Positions 10,253 to 21,132 are shown, counted from the stretch's first letter. The stretch: DNA of 62,820 nt from Chloroflexota bacterium (GCA_003228105.1 QGNN01000004.1:1-62820), one strand, 5' to 3'. The notes: generated from the letters alone by a model not told the origin. Made by a program: numbers and translations.

Positions 10253-10891
10253 CTAAGATTCTTTAGCTTCTTCACCGGCGACCTTGACTTCAGTCTCATC
10301 ACCTTCCCCGCCTTCAGACTCTATCCTCTCTACTCTCGGAGCTACAACGGTAGCCACCATTTCCGATGCTTCGTTGATCACATTTACTCCTTCATCCACC
10401 TCTATGTCGCTAACATAGAAATTTATTTCAAAGTCCACCAATAATTCGGCTTGCAAAGTAATCGTCTTCGGTATTTCCAGAGGTAGGGCTTCTACCGTTA
10501 GCGCCAGTAGCGGTTGCAGTAGGGTGCCTCCCATCGTTCGTACTGCTGGAGAGGTGCCTACGACAGATATAGGTACTTGCGCCCGCACTGATTTTCCAAC
10601 TTGTACTTTCATAAAATCTACATGTAAAATTTTATTGGTTACAGGATGATACTGTACCTCTCTTATGAAGCAGAGGTTGTCTTGATCTCCTTCATCCACA
10701 TTGACAGTAACCGGTATGTTGGTACCGGCATCAGTTATAACACGGTCTAGAATTTTTGAATCGCATTGAAGGGGACTGGATTCTATTTCTGGACCATACA
10801 TATGAATGGGGGTTACCCCATTGTTTCTGAGTTCAGATACTTTTTTCCCAGTAACTTCTCTTTTATTTACACTTAAATTCAGATTATCCAC
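10253..10891 (-). CDS. rplY: 50S ribosomal protein L25/Ctc
   Basis: R..TGKK..LR..G..P..YG, EVQYHPV..ILHVDF, long Ctc-type C-terminal domain; GTG start with AGGAG RBS. Confidence 0.93.
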   Translation of the reverse strand: MDNLNLSVNKREVTGKKVSELRNNGVTPIHMYGPEIESSPLQCDSKILDRVITDAGTNIPVTVNVDEGDQDNLCFIREVQYHPVTNKILHVDFMKVQVGKSVRAQVPISVVGTSPAVRTMGGTLLQPLLALTVEALPLEIPKTITLQAELLVDFEINFYVSDIEVDEGVNVINEASEMVATVVAPRVERIESEGGEGDETEVKVAGEEAKES

Positions 10892-11004
10892 CTGGAAAAG
10901 CTCCTGTATTAACGTAGTCGCAGTAAAAAGCCTAATGTTTTAAATTATTTGTAACCTATAAATTTTAGCATAGGAAAAGTTTCTCATCATTCCCTGTATG
11001 TTGT

Positions 11005-12165
11005 TTAGCTAAATAACTCTCTGATTCTTTCTGCAACCAGCTCCTCTTCACCAACCTTAAGTCCAAACATGTGGATTGCTATATAGTCGTCACCTTCTCT
11101 TGCCCTAGTCCATACGGGTGGATCCCCTTTCTTTAAAGTGTCTACTATTTCCTGGAGTGTCATTCCTGCTTGTTCTTCATCTATTCTTAATTCAACACCG
11201 AAAGGCTGATGCCCAATGATGTTATTTATCATTCCAGAGGTAATGGCGGGTGTGTCTGAAAGAATATCTATGACCTTCTGACTTCTGGTTTCAATCTCTA
11301 TGAGCCTTTCTTCATGATTTATTGTCATCCAGTTTCTTACCGCAGCAACAACACCCACCATTTCTTGTCTATCTACCTTATGGGGCCTGCCTATCCCTCT
11401 TACACGGCGCCCTTCATATCCCACAAATGATTGTTTAGAGATTTTGCGAATCATATCTTCCGTACCTAGAGCTAGGCCGGTGGATTGTGAAGCGCCCATA
11501 TATTTAGCGGCTATACATTGAAAATCTGCACCCATTTTAACGTATTTGCCAAATAAGTCTAAAGGATATATTTGACCAGCTGCATCAACTAAAACAGGGA
11601 GTTTATTTTGGTGAGCTATTCGTATAGTTTCCTCAAGTGTCAACGCATTTGGGTCATGCTCTTGCTCCACCATATAAAAGTGTACGGCCGCTGTATTTTC
11701 GTTTATAGCCTTTTCCAAATCTTGAGAGGTAGTGCCGTCGTCCGAACCAAATTCCACTAATTTTGCGCCAGAAGCTTCCAAACATCTGTCATACCAATAT
11801 CGCTGTCTTTTTTGGATAAGAATCTGGTTTTTCATTCCGGTGGTATCCGGCAATTGTTCTATTAATTCGTCATTATCGCCAGCCATGACTGCAGCAGCAG
11901 CTAAAGTCAAAGCTGAACCCGCACCTGAGGTTATGTAAGCAGCTGGAATACCTATCATTTCTGCTACCGCCGATCCTGCTTTTTCTTCCAATTCCATTAA
12001 CGGAATATAAGAGTCTCCAGCTAGAGCCATTGCTTCCCTAACTTCAGGAATCGGTGTTGATCCACCCAGCATTGTCACACTACCAATCGCATTTATAATT
12101 GGAGTCGCACCGAGTTCTTTATATATGTCCCCTAAATTTCCTGATGTCATTATGGACCTCCGCAT
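11005..12165 (-). CDS. SelA-like / DgaE-family PLP-dependent enzyme
   Basis: PIINAIGSVTMLGGS, VLVDAA, PLP lysine in AAKYMG, KVDRQEMVG. Confidence 0.8.
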   Translation of the reverse strand: MRRSIMTSGNLGDIYKELGATPIINAIGSVTMLGGSTPIPEVREAMALAGDSYIPLMELEEKAGSAVAEMIGIPAAYITSGAGSALTLAAAAVMAGDNDELIEQLPDTTGMKNQILIQKRQRYWYDRCLEASGAKLVEFGSDDGTTSQDLEKAINENTAAVHFYMVEQEHDPNALTLEETIRIAHQNKLPVLVDAAGQIYPLDLFGKYVKMGADFQCIAAKYMGASQSTGLALGTEDMIRKISKQSFVGYEGRRVRGIGRPHKVDRQEMVGVVAAVRNWMTINHEERLIEIETRSQKVIDILSDTPAITSGMINNIIGHQPFGVELRIDEEQAGMTLQEIVDTLKKGDPPVWTRAREGDDYIAIHMFGLKVGEEELVAERIRELFS

Positions 12166-12221
12166 ATGAGATTTGATTTTCTTCTGTATTTAAGTCGTAT
12201 GTTATGTTGAAATTTATTAGC

Positions 12222-13343
12222 CTAAAAAATTGAAATTCCTAATAGATAGCCGGCACCATAGGTGAAGGTGGCGGCTAATGTGCCCGCCAAAAGCATCCTG
12301 GTTGCACCAAGGAGTATGTTTTTACCACTCGCTACTGAAACAATTCCTCCGACAATGAATAAGGCCGATGAGCTAAATATCGCACTAAGGACAATAGATA
12401 TGTTACCTGAAGAAAAAAGAATTGGGATTATCGGTATCAACGCACCTAGTGCGAAAGCTAACAAACTACTAATTGCAGCTAACCATGGAGACCCTAAGTC
12501 CTGCGGGTTGAGCCCCAATTCCTCTCTAGCCATCGTGTTTAATTCACGGTTTGGATCAGCCATCAGTGCAGACGCTATTACTTTTGCTTGGCTTTCCTCC
12601 ATGCCTTTTGCTCTGTATATCAGTACTAATTCTTCCTCTTCCCCCTTAGGCCACTCTTCCAATTCTGCCCGTTCAATATTTATTTGATGTTCGTATATGT
12701 CTTTCTGCGACCGAACAGAAATATATTCTCCAGTAGCCATTGATAAGCTACCAGCAATGAGGGCCGCTACACCTGCTAAAATAATAAAATCAGCATTTTC
12801 CGATGCTGTTGTCCCACCTGCCACACCCATCATCAAGCAAAAATTAGACACTAACCCATCGTTTATGCCTAAAATAGCCGCTCTTATACCGCCACTGTTC
12901 CCATGAGTGTGCCATATTTCCTGGATTTTTTGGTTGTCAGGGTTTCCCATTGCCATTTTTGACAGTATTCGGGCATGGTCTTTCTCTTCTTCTATAAGTT
13001 CTTGACCTTCGACTTCGTGCACCTATGCTTCGATCTCTTTGGATTCAATCCTTGCCAGCCAGGGTAATATTTTTTGTGGCCCGAATAAATAGCAAACCAT
13101 TCGTATATAGATAAGTTTTGGAGTGTAGGTATGAAGAGTCACATCACCAATGGGATTACCTAGTTTTTCTGACCAATGCCGAGCATGTTTTACTTCAGAC
13201 TGAGAAAGTTGTTCAAAAATCTCAGATTTCTCAGGATCGACTTCAAATTGAGCAAGCATTTTATACATTGATGCAGCCTCAATTTCTGACCGCAAATACC
13301 CCTTGTAACGATTAGCATTGGATTTGGAAAGGACGGTGGACAT
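12222..13343 (-). pseudogene. rubrerythrin-like + VIT1/CCC1 fusion (MbfA-like iron exporter) interrupted by an in-frame TAG at 13023-13025
   Basis: ORFs 13023..13343 and 12222..13022 are in the same frame, separated only by TAG. E-x6-Y..ExxH diiron motifs span the stop; VIT1 motifs GINDGLVS and SMATGEYISV follow. Confidence 0.75.
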
Positions 13344-13347
13344 TCCG

Positions 13348-14199
13348 TTATTTTTTTAGTACTTTGTTTCTTATTGATTTCAACCGATTAATATTCTCTT
13401 CATCAGGCCCATCCCCATCGAATCCTGGAACTTCCAGGAAAAATGGGACCTGAGAAAATGCCGGGTTTCCGAGTATGACTTCGAAGCCTTCTTCACCAAT
13501 GTAACCTTCGCCAATATTTTCATGTCTATCTACTCCAGACCCGAATTCTACTTTGGCGTCGTTAGCGTGCACAGCTACCAGTCGCTCCAACCCGATTTTA
13601 GAGTCAAATTCCTCCATAATCGAATTGATAGTGTCATCAGAGGCTATGTTATAGCCTGCTGCATAGCAGTGTTCCGTGTCTAAGCATACTTTAAGATTAG
13701 GATGATTCACTGCTTTTATGATGGTGCCAATTTCCTCAAAAGAGGAGCCAATATGAGATCCCATACCTGCGCTATTTTCTATGCATAACCATGTGTCACT
13801 TGGAGACTTTTCTAGAACCTCAACAAGGCATTTCACGGCTTGATCTAGTATTGTGTTGAAACCTTTTCCCTTATGGCTTCCTCCGTGAAATATAACTCCT
13901 TCTGCACCAATTTTCCCGGCAGTAATCATGTTATTTGTCAGGGATTCGATTGATTTTCCGAGTTGATTTTCATCTCCTCCTATATTTACCAAATAACTAC
14001 CATGTATATAGCATGGTCCTATGCCAGTTTCCGCACCTTTTTTCTTAAAAAGAGCAATTTCCTCTTCCTTAGGAAAATTGAATTTCCAGGCCCTAGGAGA
14101 TGATGCAAATATTTGTATAGCTTCTGCGCCGATTGCTTGAGCCCTATCTATGGATTTACTGAGTCCACCCGAGGTGGATACATGCGCACCTAATTTCAT
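13348..14199 (-). CDS. nfo: endonuclease IV (AP endonuclease)
   Basis: LGAHVS, HGSYLVN, FHGGS, IENSAG, CLDTEH, HAND, DRHENIGEG, LEVP. Confidence 0.95.
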   Translation of the reverse strand: MKLGAHVSTSGGLSKSIDRAQAIGAEAIQIFASSPRAWKFNFPKEEEIALFKKKGAETGIGPCYIHGSYLVNIGGDENQLGKSIESLTNNMITAGKIGAEGVIFHGGSHKGKGFNTILDQAVKCLVEVLEKSPSDTWLCIENSAGMGSHIGSSFEEIGTIIKAVNHPNLKVCLDTEHCYAAGYNIASDDTINSIMEEFDSKIGLERLVAVHANDAKVEFGSGVDRHENIGEGYIGEEGFEVILGNPAFSQVPFFLEVPGFDGDGPDEENINRLKSIRNKVLKK

Positions 14200-14343
14200 G
14201 TTGATTTCCCGTTTGATTCACTCTTTTATTCCAGTTTATCATGGGTAAGCGAGCCTGGTTCAATAGAACTATGATCGACAGTAAGTATTGCCTATAATTA
14301 AGCTTCATTGAATAAAAAAACGCGCGCAATTGGAGAGAAGTCT

Positions 14344-15219
14344 ATGCCAGTCAATACGGTAGCAATTATGAGTCCTGGCGATATGGGCCATGCAGTTGGG
14401 AAAGTTTTGTCCGAAAGTGGCTTGGATGTTATTACCTGCACTGAGGGCCGAAGTCTTAGAACTCGCAAATTGGCCGAAGCCGCTGGATTCAGAAAAGTTG
14501 CTGGTTTGTCAGACTTAGTGAGTCAAGCTGATCTAATTTTGTCCATTATGGTTCCCTCTAGGGCGATGGATTTTGCTAAGGTAATAGCTCCACATATGAA
14601 TTCCACTACCAGCCCCACCTTTTATGCTGATTGCAACGCAGTATCTCCACAAACCTCACAAAGTATCTCAGAGGTAATAAATAATTCTGGGGGCGTATTT
14701 ATTGACGGAGGAATAATTGGGGGGGCCCCGACGAAGGGTGATACTCCAAGGTTTTATGTTTCTGGTCCTGATGCAGCAGTTGTGATGGAATTGGATGGTA
14801 AAGGGATAACTGTCAAAGTAATAGGGGATCAAATTGGACAAGCATCAGGTATAAAAATGTGTTACGCAGCTTTGACTAAAGGGACTCATACCCTCCATGT
14901 AGCTTTGCTTACCGCTGCTAATAAAATGGGGCTAACTGAGGACCTTAGAAATGAGTTTGAATTCAGTCAAAAATCGCACCTCAATGCAATGGAGACAGGA
15001 ATTTCAAGACTACCAGCCAATGCGCATAGGTGGATAGGTGAAATGGAGGAGATCGCATCCACTTTTGAGCATTTAGGCGTTACCCCAAATTTCCATAAGG
15101 GCGCTGCTGAAGTCTATAAAATGCTTAATGCCACTCCCTTTGCTGAGGAAACCCCCGAAACCATCGATAATGACAGAACTACATGGGACACTATAGAGGC
15201 TGTATCTAATTTAGATTAA
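14344..15219 (+). CDS. NAD(P)-dependent oxidoreductase (6PGD/HIBADH-like, DUF1932 C-terminus)
   Basis: SPGDMG, DCNAVSP, KMCYAALTKG, AHRWIGEMEEIA; ATG at 14344 after GGAGAG. Confidence 0.8.
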   Translation: MPVNTVAIMSPGDMGHAVGKVLSESGLDVITCTEGRSLRTRKLAEAAGFRKVAGLSDLVSQADLILSIMVPSRAMDFAKVIAPHMNSTTSPTFYADCNAVSPQTSQSISEVINNSGGVFIDGGIIGGAPTKGDTPRFYVSGPDAAVVMELDGKGITVKVIGDQIGQASGIKMCYAALTKGTHTLHVALLTAANKMGLTEDLRNEFEFSQKSHLNAMETGISRLPANAHRWIGEMEEIASTFEHLGVTPNFHKGAAEVYKMLNATPFAEETPETIDNDRTTWDTIEAVSNLD

Positions 15220-15243
15220 TAAAGATATTAAAGACATGAATCT

Positions 15244-16272
15244 ATGAAAGGTCTGATATTAAAAGAACCTGGTCAGAGTCCGGATATACGGGTACTTGAT
15301 CTTCCTGAACCAACTTTAATCCCTAACGGAGTCATTATAAAAGTTGCTGCTGCTGGGCTTTGCCATCATGACATATCTGTGATGGATGGCACTTTAAGAA
15401 GAGGCACTAAAGGTGATGTCATATTAGGGCATGAAATATCTGGCACAGTGGTTGATATCGGTAGTGAAATCAAGAGATTTTGTTTAGGAGACCAAGTGGT
15501 CACTACCCTCACAGCGTCATGTGGAGAATGCGAAACCTGTGTTAGTGGAGATGATTATAGATGTGAATTTGGGCTGGGATATGGTCATGGTATTGATGGG
15601 GGATTCGCTGAGTACATCTTAATTCAAGAAAAAAACTTGGTGAACGTGGGCGATTTGGATTTGATTCAAAGCGCGCTCTTATCCTGTCCTATTGGTGTTT
15701 GTATAAAAGCTCTTTTTGATAGAGGTTCTTTGGGAATGGATGACTCATGCGTAGTTTTTGGGTCCGGAGGTGGTTTAGGTATTCATGCCCTTCAGGTGGC
15801 ACAAACTTATACAACTAATGTTATCGGCTTCACATCCTCTCCAAACAAATTGGAAGAGATTAGTAAGTATGAAGTTTCCCCAACATTTTTACTTGATGGA
15901 TCCTTAGATCCCACTGATTTAGTAATGGCTCTCACTGAAGATAAAGGAGCTGATGTCATTTTTAATTCTGTCGGATCAAAATTCCTGGAAAGTTCAGTTA
16001 ATTCTATAAGCCATGGTGGTAGGGTTTTGATGATGGGTGAACTATTAGGAGGAAAGGGCTCATTTAACATATCCGATTTGTTGTTTAAAAACGGAAGTGT
16101 TATTGGTTCTACGGGAGCTGGCAAGCCACATATACAATCTGCGATAAATATGGTCAATGATGGGAATGTAGTTCCGGGGGTCGGTGGGATGTTTCCTTTG
16201 CAGGATATCAAAGAGGCTTTTCATCTCATGAAAAATAAAGCCAGTGTCGGTAGATTGGTTTTAATTCCATAA
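15244..16272 (+). CDS. zinc-binding alcohol dehydrogenase (MDR family)
   Basis: LCHHD, GHEISG, CGECETC..C structural Zn site, GSGGGLG. Confidence 0.88.
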   Translation: MKGLILKEPGQSPDIRVLDLPEPTLIPNGVIIKVAAAGLCHHDISVMDGTLRRGTKGDVILGHEISGTVVDIGSEIKRFCLGDQVVTTLTASCGECETCVSGDDYRCEFGLGYGHGIDGGFAEYILIQEKNLVNVGDLDLIQSALLSCPIGVCIKALFDRGSLGMDDSCVVFGSGGGLGIHALQVAQTYTTNVIGFTSSPNKLEEISKYEVSPTFLLDGSLDPTDLVMALTEDKGADVIFNSVGSKFLESSVNSISHGGRVLMMGELLGGKGSFNISDLLFKNGSVIGSTGAGKPHIQSAINMVNDGNVVPGVGGMFPLQDIKEAFHLMKNKASVGRLVLIP

Positions 16273-16285
16273 AAGACATACCTGA

Positions 16286-17218
16286 TCAAGAGGATATCAA
16301 TTTCCCTATTGTTTTTTGGTCCCAGGAAACTAATACTTGAGTAGCAATTGCTATGGAACTGTAAGTCCCTGCAATTACTCCTATGATTAGAACATACAAA
16401 AATTCCCGTATGGTGGCTCCACCGAATAGCAAAAGGGCTAATAAGGTGACCAACAGAGTGAAACTTGTATTGAGTGATCTGCCCATCGTTTCTGAGATGC
16501 TAAGATTTACCACTTCTGGGAAGGGCCTATTGGTATAGGTCATTACATTTTCTCTGATTTTATCAAACACTACGATGGTGTCATTGACGCTGTATCCTAT
16601 TACTGTCAGGAGAGCTATTAGGAACATAGTGTTTACTTCTGTATCTAGGAAATATCCTAATATTGCAAAAATACCCACCACGATTAATGTGTCGTGTAGC
16701 AAAGCAACAATCGCTGCTAACCCATACCTAATAGGTCGAGGGACTTTCCTGAATGCCCACCAAACATAGAAAAAAATCCCTATTGTTGCAGCCAAAACTG
16801 CCCAGCAGGCATTGATTACCGTTTCCTGTGCAATCACAGCTGAAACTAGATCAAAACTAAGCAACGTATTAGTTTGCTCCGGCGAATATTGATCGTTTAG
16901 GGTAGCTACTAAGACATCTTTTTCTGTTTCATCAAGGGTTTTGGTGCGTAAGAAAAAAAGATCGTATCTTTCGTCGTCAATAGTTGAATTACCCAAATTT
17001 TGTACCGTAGATTCGGGATATCCAATAGCTTGCAATTTTTCCCTAATAGCTTTTTGATTGGCACCGGCACCTTCCGGAAATTGCATTGTAATACTAGACC
17101 CGCCCGTGAAATCAATGCCTGGGTTAAGCCCTGGAGCTAGAATCAAAAAGACTACTCCAGGCAATATGACTAGCAATGATAGTAGAAAGAACCATGGCCT
17201 TCGTTCTGAAAAATTCAA
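16286..17218 (-). CDS. secF: protein translocase subunit SecF
   Basis: GIDFTGG, ALLHD, IGYSVNDTIVVFDKIRE. Confidence 0.96.
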   Translation of the reverse strand: MNFSERRPWFFLLSLLVILPGVVFLILAPGLNPGIDFTGGSSITMQFPEGAGANQKAIREKLQAIGYPESTVQNLGNSTIDDERYDLFFLRTKTLDETEKDVLVATLNDQYSPEQTNTLLSFDLVSAVIAQETVINACWAVLAATIGIFFYVWWAFRKVPRPIRYGLAAIVALLHDTLIVVGIFAILGYFLDTEVNTMFLIALLTVIGYSVNDTIVVFDKIRENVMTYTNRPFPEVVNLSISETMGRSLNTSFTLLVTLLALLLFGGATIREFLYVLIIGVIAGTYSSIAIATQVLVSWDQKTIGKLISS

Positions 17219-17239
17219 TTTTGATCTCCTAACAAATGA

Positions 17240-19072
17240 TCAATTCTGGACATGGTCTTCAATTTCTCCACCGCCAGTAGGGATAAACAAACGCACATTT
17301 CTAGAAACGGGTGTTAGTGCTATCACTCTCATTAGGGTTCTACTTACTGTAATAGCAGTAAACATGCTAACTGCAACCCCAACTGCTAAAGTTACGGCGA
17401 AGCCCTGAACAATGGTCGCACCTAATTGATCCGAAAACCAGTACAAAATCGCACAGGTAATTAATGTTGACACATTTCCGTCTCTTATCGCAGGCCAAGC
17501 CCTGTTAAAGCCTATGTTTATTGAGGACAGCATCGTGCGCCCCGTTCTCAATTCATCTTTCATTCTTTCAAAAATTAGTATGTTCGCGTCAACTGCCATC
17601 CCAATGGACAGGATTGCAGCCGCCACCCCTGACAAAGTTAAGGTGAGAGGCAACATTTTGAATATCGCTAAAACTATCATTGCGTAAATTGTTAGAGATA
17701 AAGACGCTATTAAGCCTGGCACTCTGTAATACAGAATCATGAAAAATAGCACTAGAGATAGACCTGCTATTCCCGCTATGACACTTTTCCTCAAAGAATC
17801 AGCTCCCAGCATGGCATCAACATCTCTTTCCTGAATCAATTGAATGGGTACGGGCAAACGACCTGATTCCAGTAACAGAGCCAAATCTTTAACCCTTTCC
17901 AGCGTGAAATCTCCGCCCTGTATTATTGCTGTACCTGCTGTGATTGGAGAATTCACTACCGGGGCGATCAATTCTTTTCCATCTAGAATTATAGCTATCT
18001 GGTCTCTGACCCCAGAAGATTGCTGTTTGGCGTAGATTTCTGTCGTGAGCTCTCCAAACGCTTTCGTTCCTCTCTCATTAAATTCAATGTTTACTATCGG
18101 AGCGCCAGAGGCTTGATGCTGGCTAGGGTAGGCGTTTTCCAAATCGTCTCCGGAAAGTCCTATATCCTCATCAATAGACCCTTCGCTTATTTCAAAGGAG
18201 ATAGTGGGGTCCGTCCCAATTTTTATATTTGCATCTTCCACACTTAGGGTGCTTTTCGAACCATCAGATGATGACGGCAAAGCAATAATAAACTTATTAA
18301 CAACCAATTCAGATTCGCCCCGTATTTCGGTCCTAACGGGGTACATGTTTAATCCGAGAGTGTTGTACCTAAGTTGTTCTTGGCCTTTGATATTGATGCC
18401 AAGCCTTGCTGGAGGGATTAGCGTACCTGTTTGTGCTAACGACATAGATTTGTTAGCTGATGTAATAAGTGTCTGGAATACCTCGTTAAATTTCACAAAC
18501 CCCTCTGCAGTAAACTCCACTACCAGAGCCTCTGCTGTTTCAATGGGGTCTGAAGAAACCTCGTTATTTCGCTCCTCATCAGTAATGAAGGTTCCGTCAG
18601 ACTGAACTTCCTCTGCCTTGAGGGAAACAATGTCATCGTCTGTGATATTTTCAACAGCCTTCGGTGGAACGTCGGTAGTTCTATGTTTAAATTCTAGCCT
18701 GGCTGTTTCTCCAATTAATGCTTTTGCCCTACCAGGATCTTTTATTCCAGGTAACTGTATAAGTAATCTGTCTTCCCCCAGTATCTGGATAATCGGTTCG
18801 CCGAGACCAGAGGCATTTACTCTGCGTTCAATGGTGCGTGAAAGGGATTTCATTTGATCTTCAGTGATCCCTTCCGGCCCTCCAGTTTCAGGGTTGATAG
18901 CCTGGTATATGAGGTGACTTCCACCTTGTAAATCCAGACCAAGGGTGAGACCTAGTAAATCATCAGAACCTCGTTCTAAATTATTTAATCTCACCTTTTG
19001 GACACCCAAAATTGTTCCGCAAATTGCTGTAATTATCACAATTGTTATAAGTATCCGAGCATTCCTACGCAA
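17240..19072 (-). CDS. secD: protein translocase subunit SecD
   Basis: LGLDLQGG, RRVNASG, IQLPG, IGMAVDANILIFER. Confidence 0.96.
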   Translation of the reverse strand: MRRNARILITIVIITAICGTILGVQKVRLNNLERGSDDLLGLTLGLDLQGGSHLIYQAINPETGGPEGITEDQMKSLSRTIERRVNASGLGEPIIQILGEDRLLIQLPGIKDPGRAKALIGETARLEFKHRTTDVPPKAVENITDDDIVSLKAEEVQSDGTFITDEERNNEVSSDPIETAEALVVEFTAEGFVKFNEVFQTLITSANKSMSLAQTGTLIPPARLGINIKGQEQLRYNTLGLNMYPVRTEIRGESELVVNKFIIALPSSSDGSKSTLSVEDANIKIGTDPTISFEISEGSIDEDIGLSGDDLENAYPSQHQASGAPIVNIEFNERGTKAFGELTTEIYAKQQSSGVRDQIAIILDGKELIAPVVNSPITAGTAIIQGGDFTLERVKDLALLLESGRLPVPIQLIQERDVDAMLGADSLRKSVIAGIAGLSLVLFFMILYYRVPGLIASLSLTIYAMIVLAIFKMLPLTLTLSGVAAAILSIGMAVDANILIFERMKDELRTGRTMLSSINIGFNRAWPAIRDGNVSTLITCAILYWFSDQLGATIVQGFAVTLAVGVAVSMFTAITVSRTLMRVIALTPVSRNVRLFIPTGGGEIEDHVQN

Positions 19073-20585
19073 TATATTCTCCAGAATTGATTCGATGCCT
19101 TATTAGTTCTAGTGCTTCGTCCTTATTAGAAACTAACCCCTCCATACGAGCTTCTTCAATCTCTTTTATTAAAGTACCGATTAAAGGCCCAGATTTAAGA
19201 CTCAACCTAACCATTATATCGCGTCCTGACAAAAGCTTATCCTGATTTACAGCCTTTTTATAGGAAGATTCACTTTCTAGGATAATACCTATCTTGCTAC
19301 AGTGATCTATCCATTCTTTTTTGGTGAGGTTAGGACCCTTGGTAGCTATGTAATCAGCCATGTTCAGATAAAGTATGTCTAATGAAGCGCCATCAGTGTC
19401 TTTGTAGTATTTCCTTATGGCTTTAGCGGTTGGTTCCTGGCCTAAGTTTGATATTTGGCTTGGCCTCAAGTGATTTTCTATTTGGCTCTTCACTAGCTCG
19501 ATCCCTGCATTGCTGAATTTCAGGCGTTTCAATATTGTATACGCCATTTCTGCGCCCAACTTATCGTGTTTTAGAAATCGTGTTTTACCATCTGGCTCAA
19601 TTGTTTTCGTATTTGGTTTGGCTATGTCATGCAAAAGACAGGATAGTTTTAGGAATGTAGATCTATTGTGACCATCTGAGAAACTCTGATCGAAATAATC
19701 TCGGTGTAGATAGTCTGCTGGAATAAAGGATTGTACGAATTTAGGGTAAGGGCCAACATTGATTTCTTCACCATTCACTATATTTTCTGCTTGCCCAGCT
19801 GTTTGTACCATATGTTCTAAAACATTCCAGTGGTGGTGAGGGGTTTGTGACGTTTTTCTAGAGGCTTCCAGCTCTGGTACGACATTGGTCAAAATCCCTA
19901 AATCGTCCATTCTTGTTATGTTTTGGGTAGATTTTTTTATGGATAGTATTTTCATAAATTCGTCTCGTATGCGTTCCGGAGAGGCTTTAAGTATCAGAGG
20001 GCTACTTGTTCTAATTTGAGCCTCTGTGACCTCATCAATTCTTAAATGATATTGAGCTGCTATCCTCGCGGCTCGTAAAATTCTCAAAGGGTCCTCTTTG
20101 AAAACTTGATTGGTGGTCATTCTCAGTACACTATCGAAAAGGTCCTTTATACCTCTATGTTCGTCTATGATTTTAGATATTTCATATTGTGGCCCACCAG
20201 AATTAAATTCGATATCATTTATATCTAATGCTAAGGCGTTAATAGTGAAATCGCGTTTGGAAATATCGGGAGAGATTCCATTTTTAGCAGAGGCTATATC
20301 AATCTGTATATCGATTCCCGAGACTGATGCAATTACCCTACTAATATCTCTTGATTTATCCAGCTGGAAACATTTGCCATTCATAATAGTGGCTGCTTTT
20401 TTGGCCACGGCTAAAGCACTCCCAACCACAGCGATATCTATGTCTGGATTGCTTGCACCAAGAATTGAATCCCTCAATACTCCCCCAACTAGATAGGATT
20501 TCACAGGGATTTGGTTCATGACTTCAGCAATGTGATTGACTTGGGATGGTAATCGATAATAACTGGATGCTGAAGAATTCATCAT
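19065..20585 (-). CDS. cca: tRNA nucleotidyltransferase (CCA-adding/poly(A) polymerase family) with HD domain
   Basis: VGGVLRD..DIDI, RDFTINA, EDPLRILRAAR, LLHDIAKP. Confidence 0.85.
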   Translation of the reverse strand: MMNSSASSYYRLPSQVNHIAEVMNQIPVKSYLVGGVLRDSILGASNPDIDIAVVGSALAVAKKAATIMNGKCFQLDKSRDISRVIASVSGIDIQIDIASAKNGISPDISKRDFTINALALDINDIEFNSGGPQYEISKIIDEHRGIKDLFDSVLRMTTNQVFKEDPLRILRAARIAAQYHLRIDEVTEAQIRTSSPLILKASPERIRDEFMKILSIKKSTQNITRMDDLGILTNVVPELEASRKTSQTPHHHWNVLEHMVQTAGQAENIVNGEEINVGPYPKFVQSFIPADYLHRDYFDQSFSDGHNRSTFLKLSCLLHDIAKPNTKTIEPDGKTRFLKHDKLGAEMAYTILKRLKFSNAGIELVKSQIENHLRPSQISNLGQEPTAKAIRKYYKDTDGASLDILYLNMADYIATKGPNLTKKEWIDHCSKIGIILESESSYKKAVNQDKLLSGRDIMVRLSLKSGPLIGTLIKEIEEARMEGLVSNKDEALELIRHRINSGEYIA

Positions 20586-20592
20586 AAATGGT

Positions 20593-21132
20593 CTAATCTA
20601 TTTTAAGAGAAGTTGGGATTTCGGCAGATTTGACATCCTGTTCCGCTAACCCTTCGTCCTCTTGTGTGACGGTGTATAGGTTACGGTGTTCTGTTAGATG
20701 GTCTGAATATAGGATTCCATTTAAGTGATCTACCTCATGTTCTAGGGCTTGTGAGAGCAGATTTTCTGCTTCAAATTTAACCACGTGGTTTGTATGGTCC
20801 AAACCTTGGAATTTTATCCAGACTGAACGGTTGATAATACCTCTATAGCCAGGAAGGCTTAGGCATCCTTCTTCTACTTCCCTTGAGCCTGATGTTTTTA
20901 TGATCGCGGGATTGAAATATATTCTTGACTCTTCTTCATCAGGCATCTGCAGTACTATGATTCTCCAGAGTTCTCCGACCTGATTTGCTGCGAGCCCTAC
21001 ACCGCCGGCCTCCCTCATGGTGTCGACCATGTCATAGGCGAGGGTAAGTTCTTTCTTCGTATTTGACCTAACCCTTTTTGCTTTTTTTCTTAGTATCGGG
21101 TGAGGAACCTCAAGAATAGGTAATATTGACAA
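20593..21132 (-). CDS. def: peptide deformylase
   Basis: GVGLAANQVG, EGCLS, HEVDHLNG. Confidence 0.96.
   Translation of the reverse strand: MSILPILEVPHPILRKKAKRVRSNTKKELTLAYDMVDTMREAGGVGLAANQVGELWRIIVLQMPDEEESRIYFNPAIIKTSGSREVEEGCLSLPGYRGIINRSVWIKFQGLDHTNHVVKFEAENLLSQALEHEVDHLNGILYSDHLTEHRNLYTVTQEDEGLAEQDVKSAEIPTSLKID

Noticed and set aside
11005-12165. True selenocysteine synthase SelA
   Set aside because: It is short, lacks a recognisable SelA N-terminal domain, and no selB/selD/tRNA-Sec is nearby; better called SelA-like
13023-13025. Pyrrolysine or genome-wide TAG recoding
   Set aside because: Many intact genes here end in TAG, no pyl genes are visible, and the motif predicts Tyr
14257-14277. 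LexA box upstream of nfo
   Set aside because: The half-sites are in the wrong orientation (GTTC-N4-GAAC) or have the wrong spacing and mismatches
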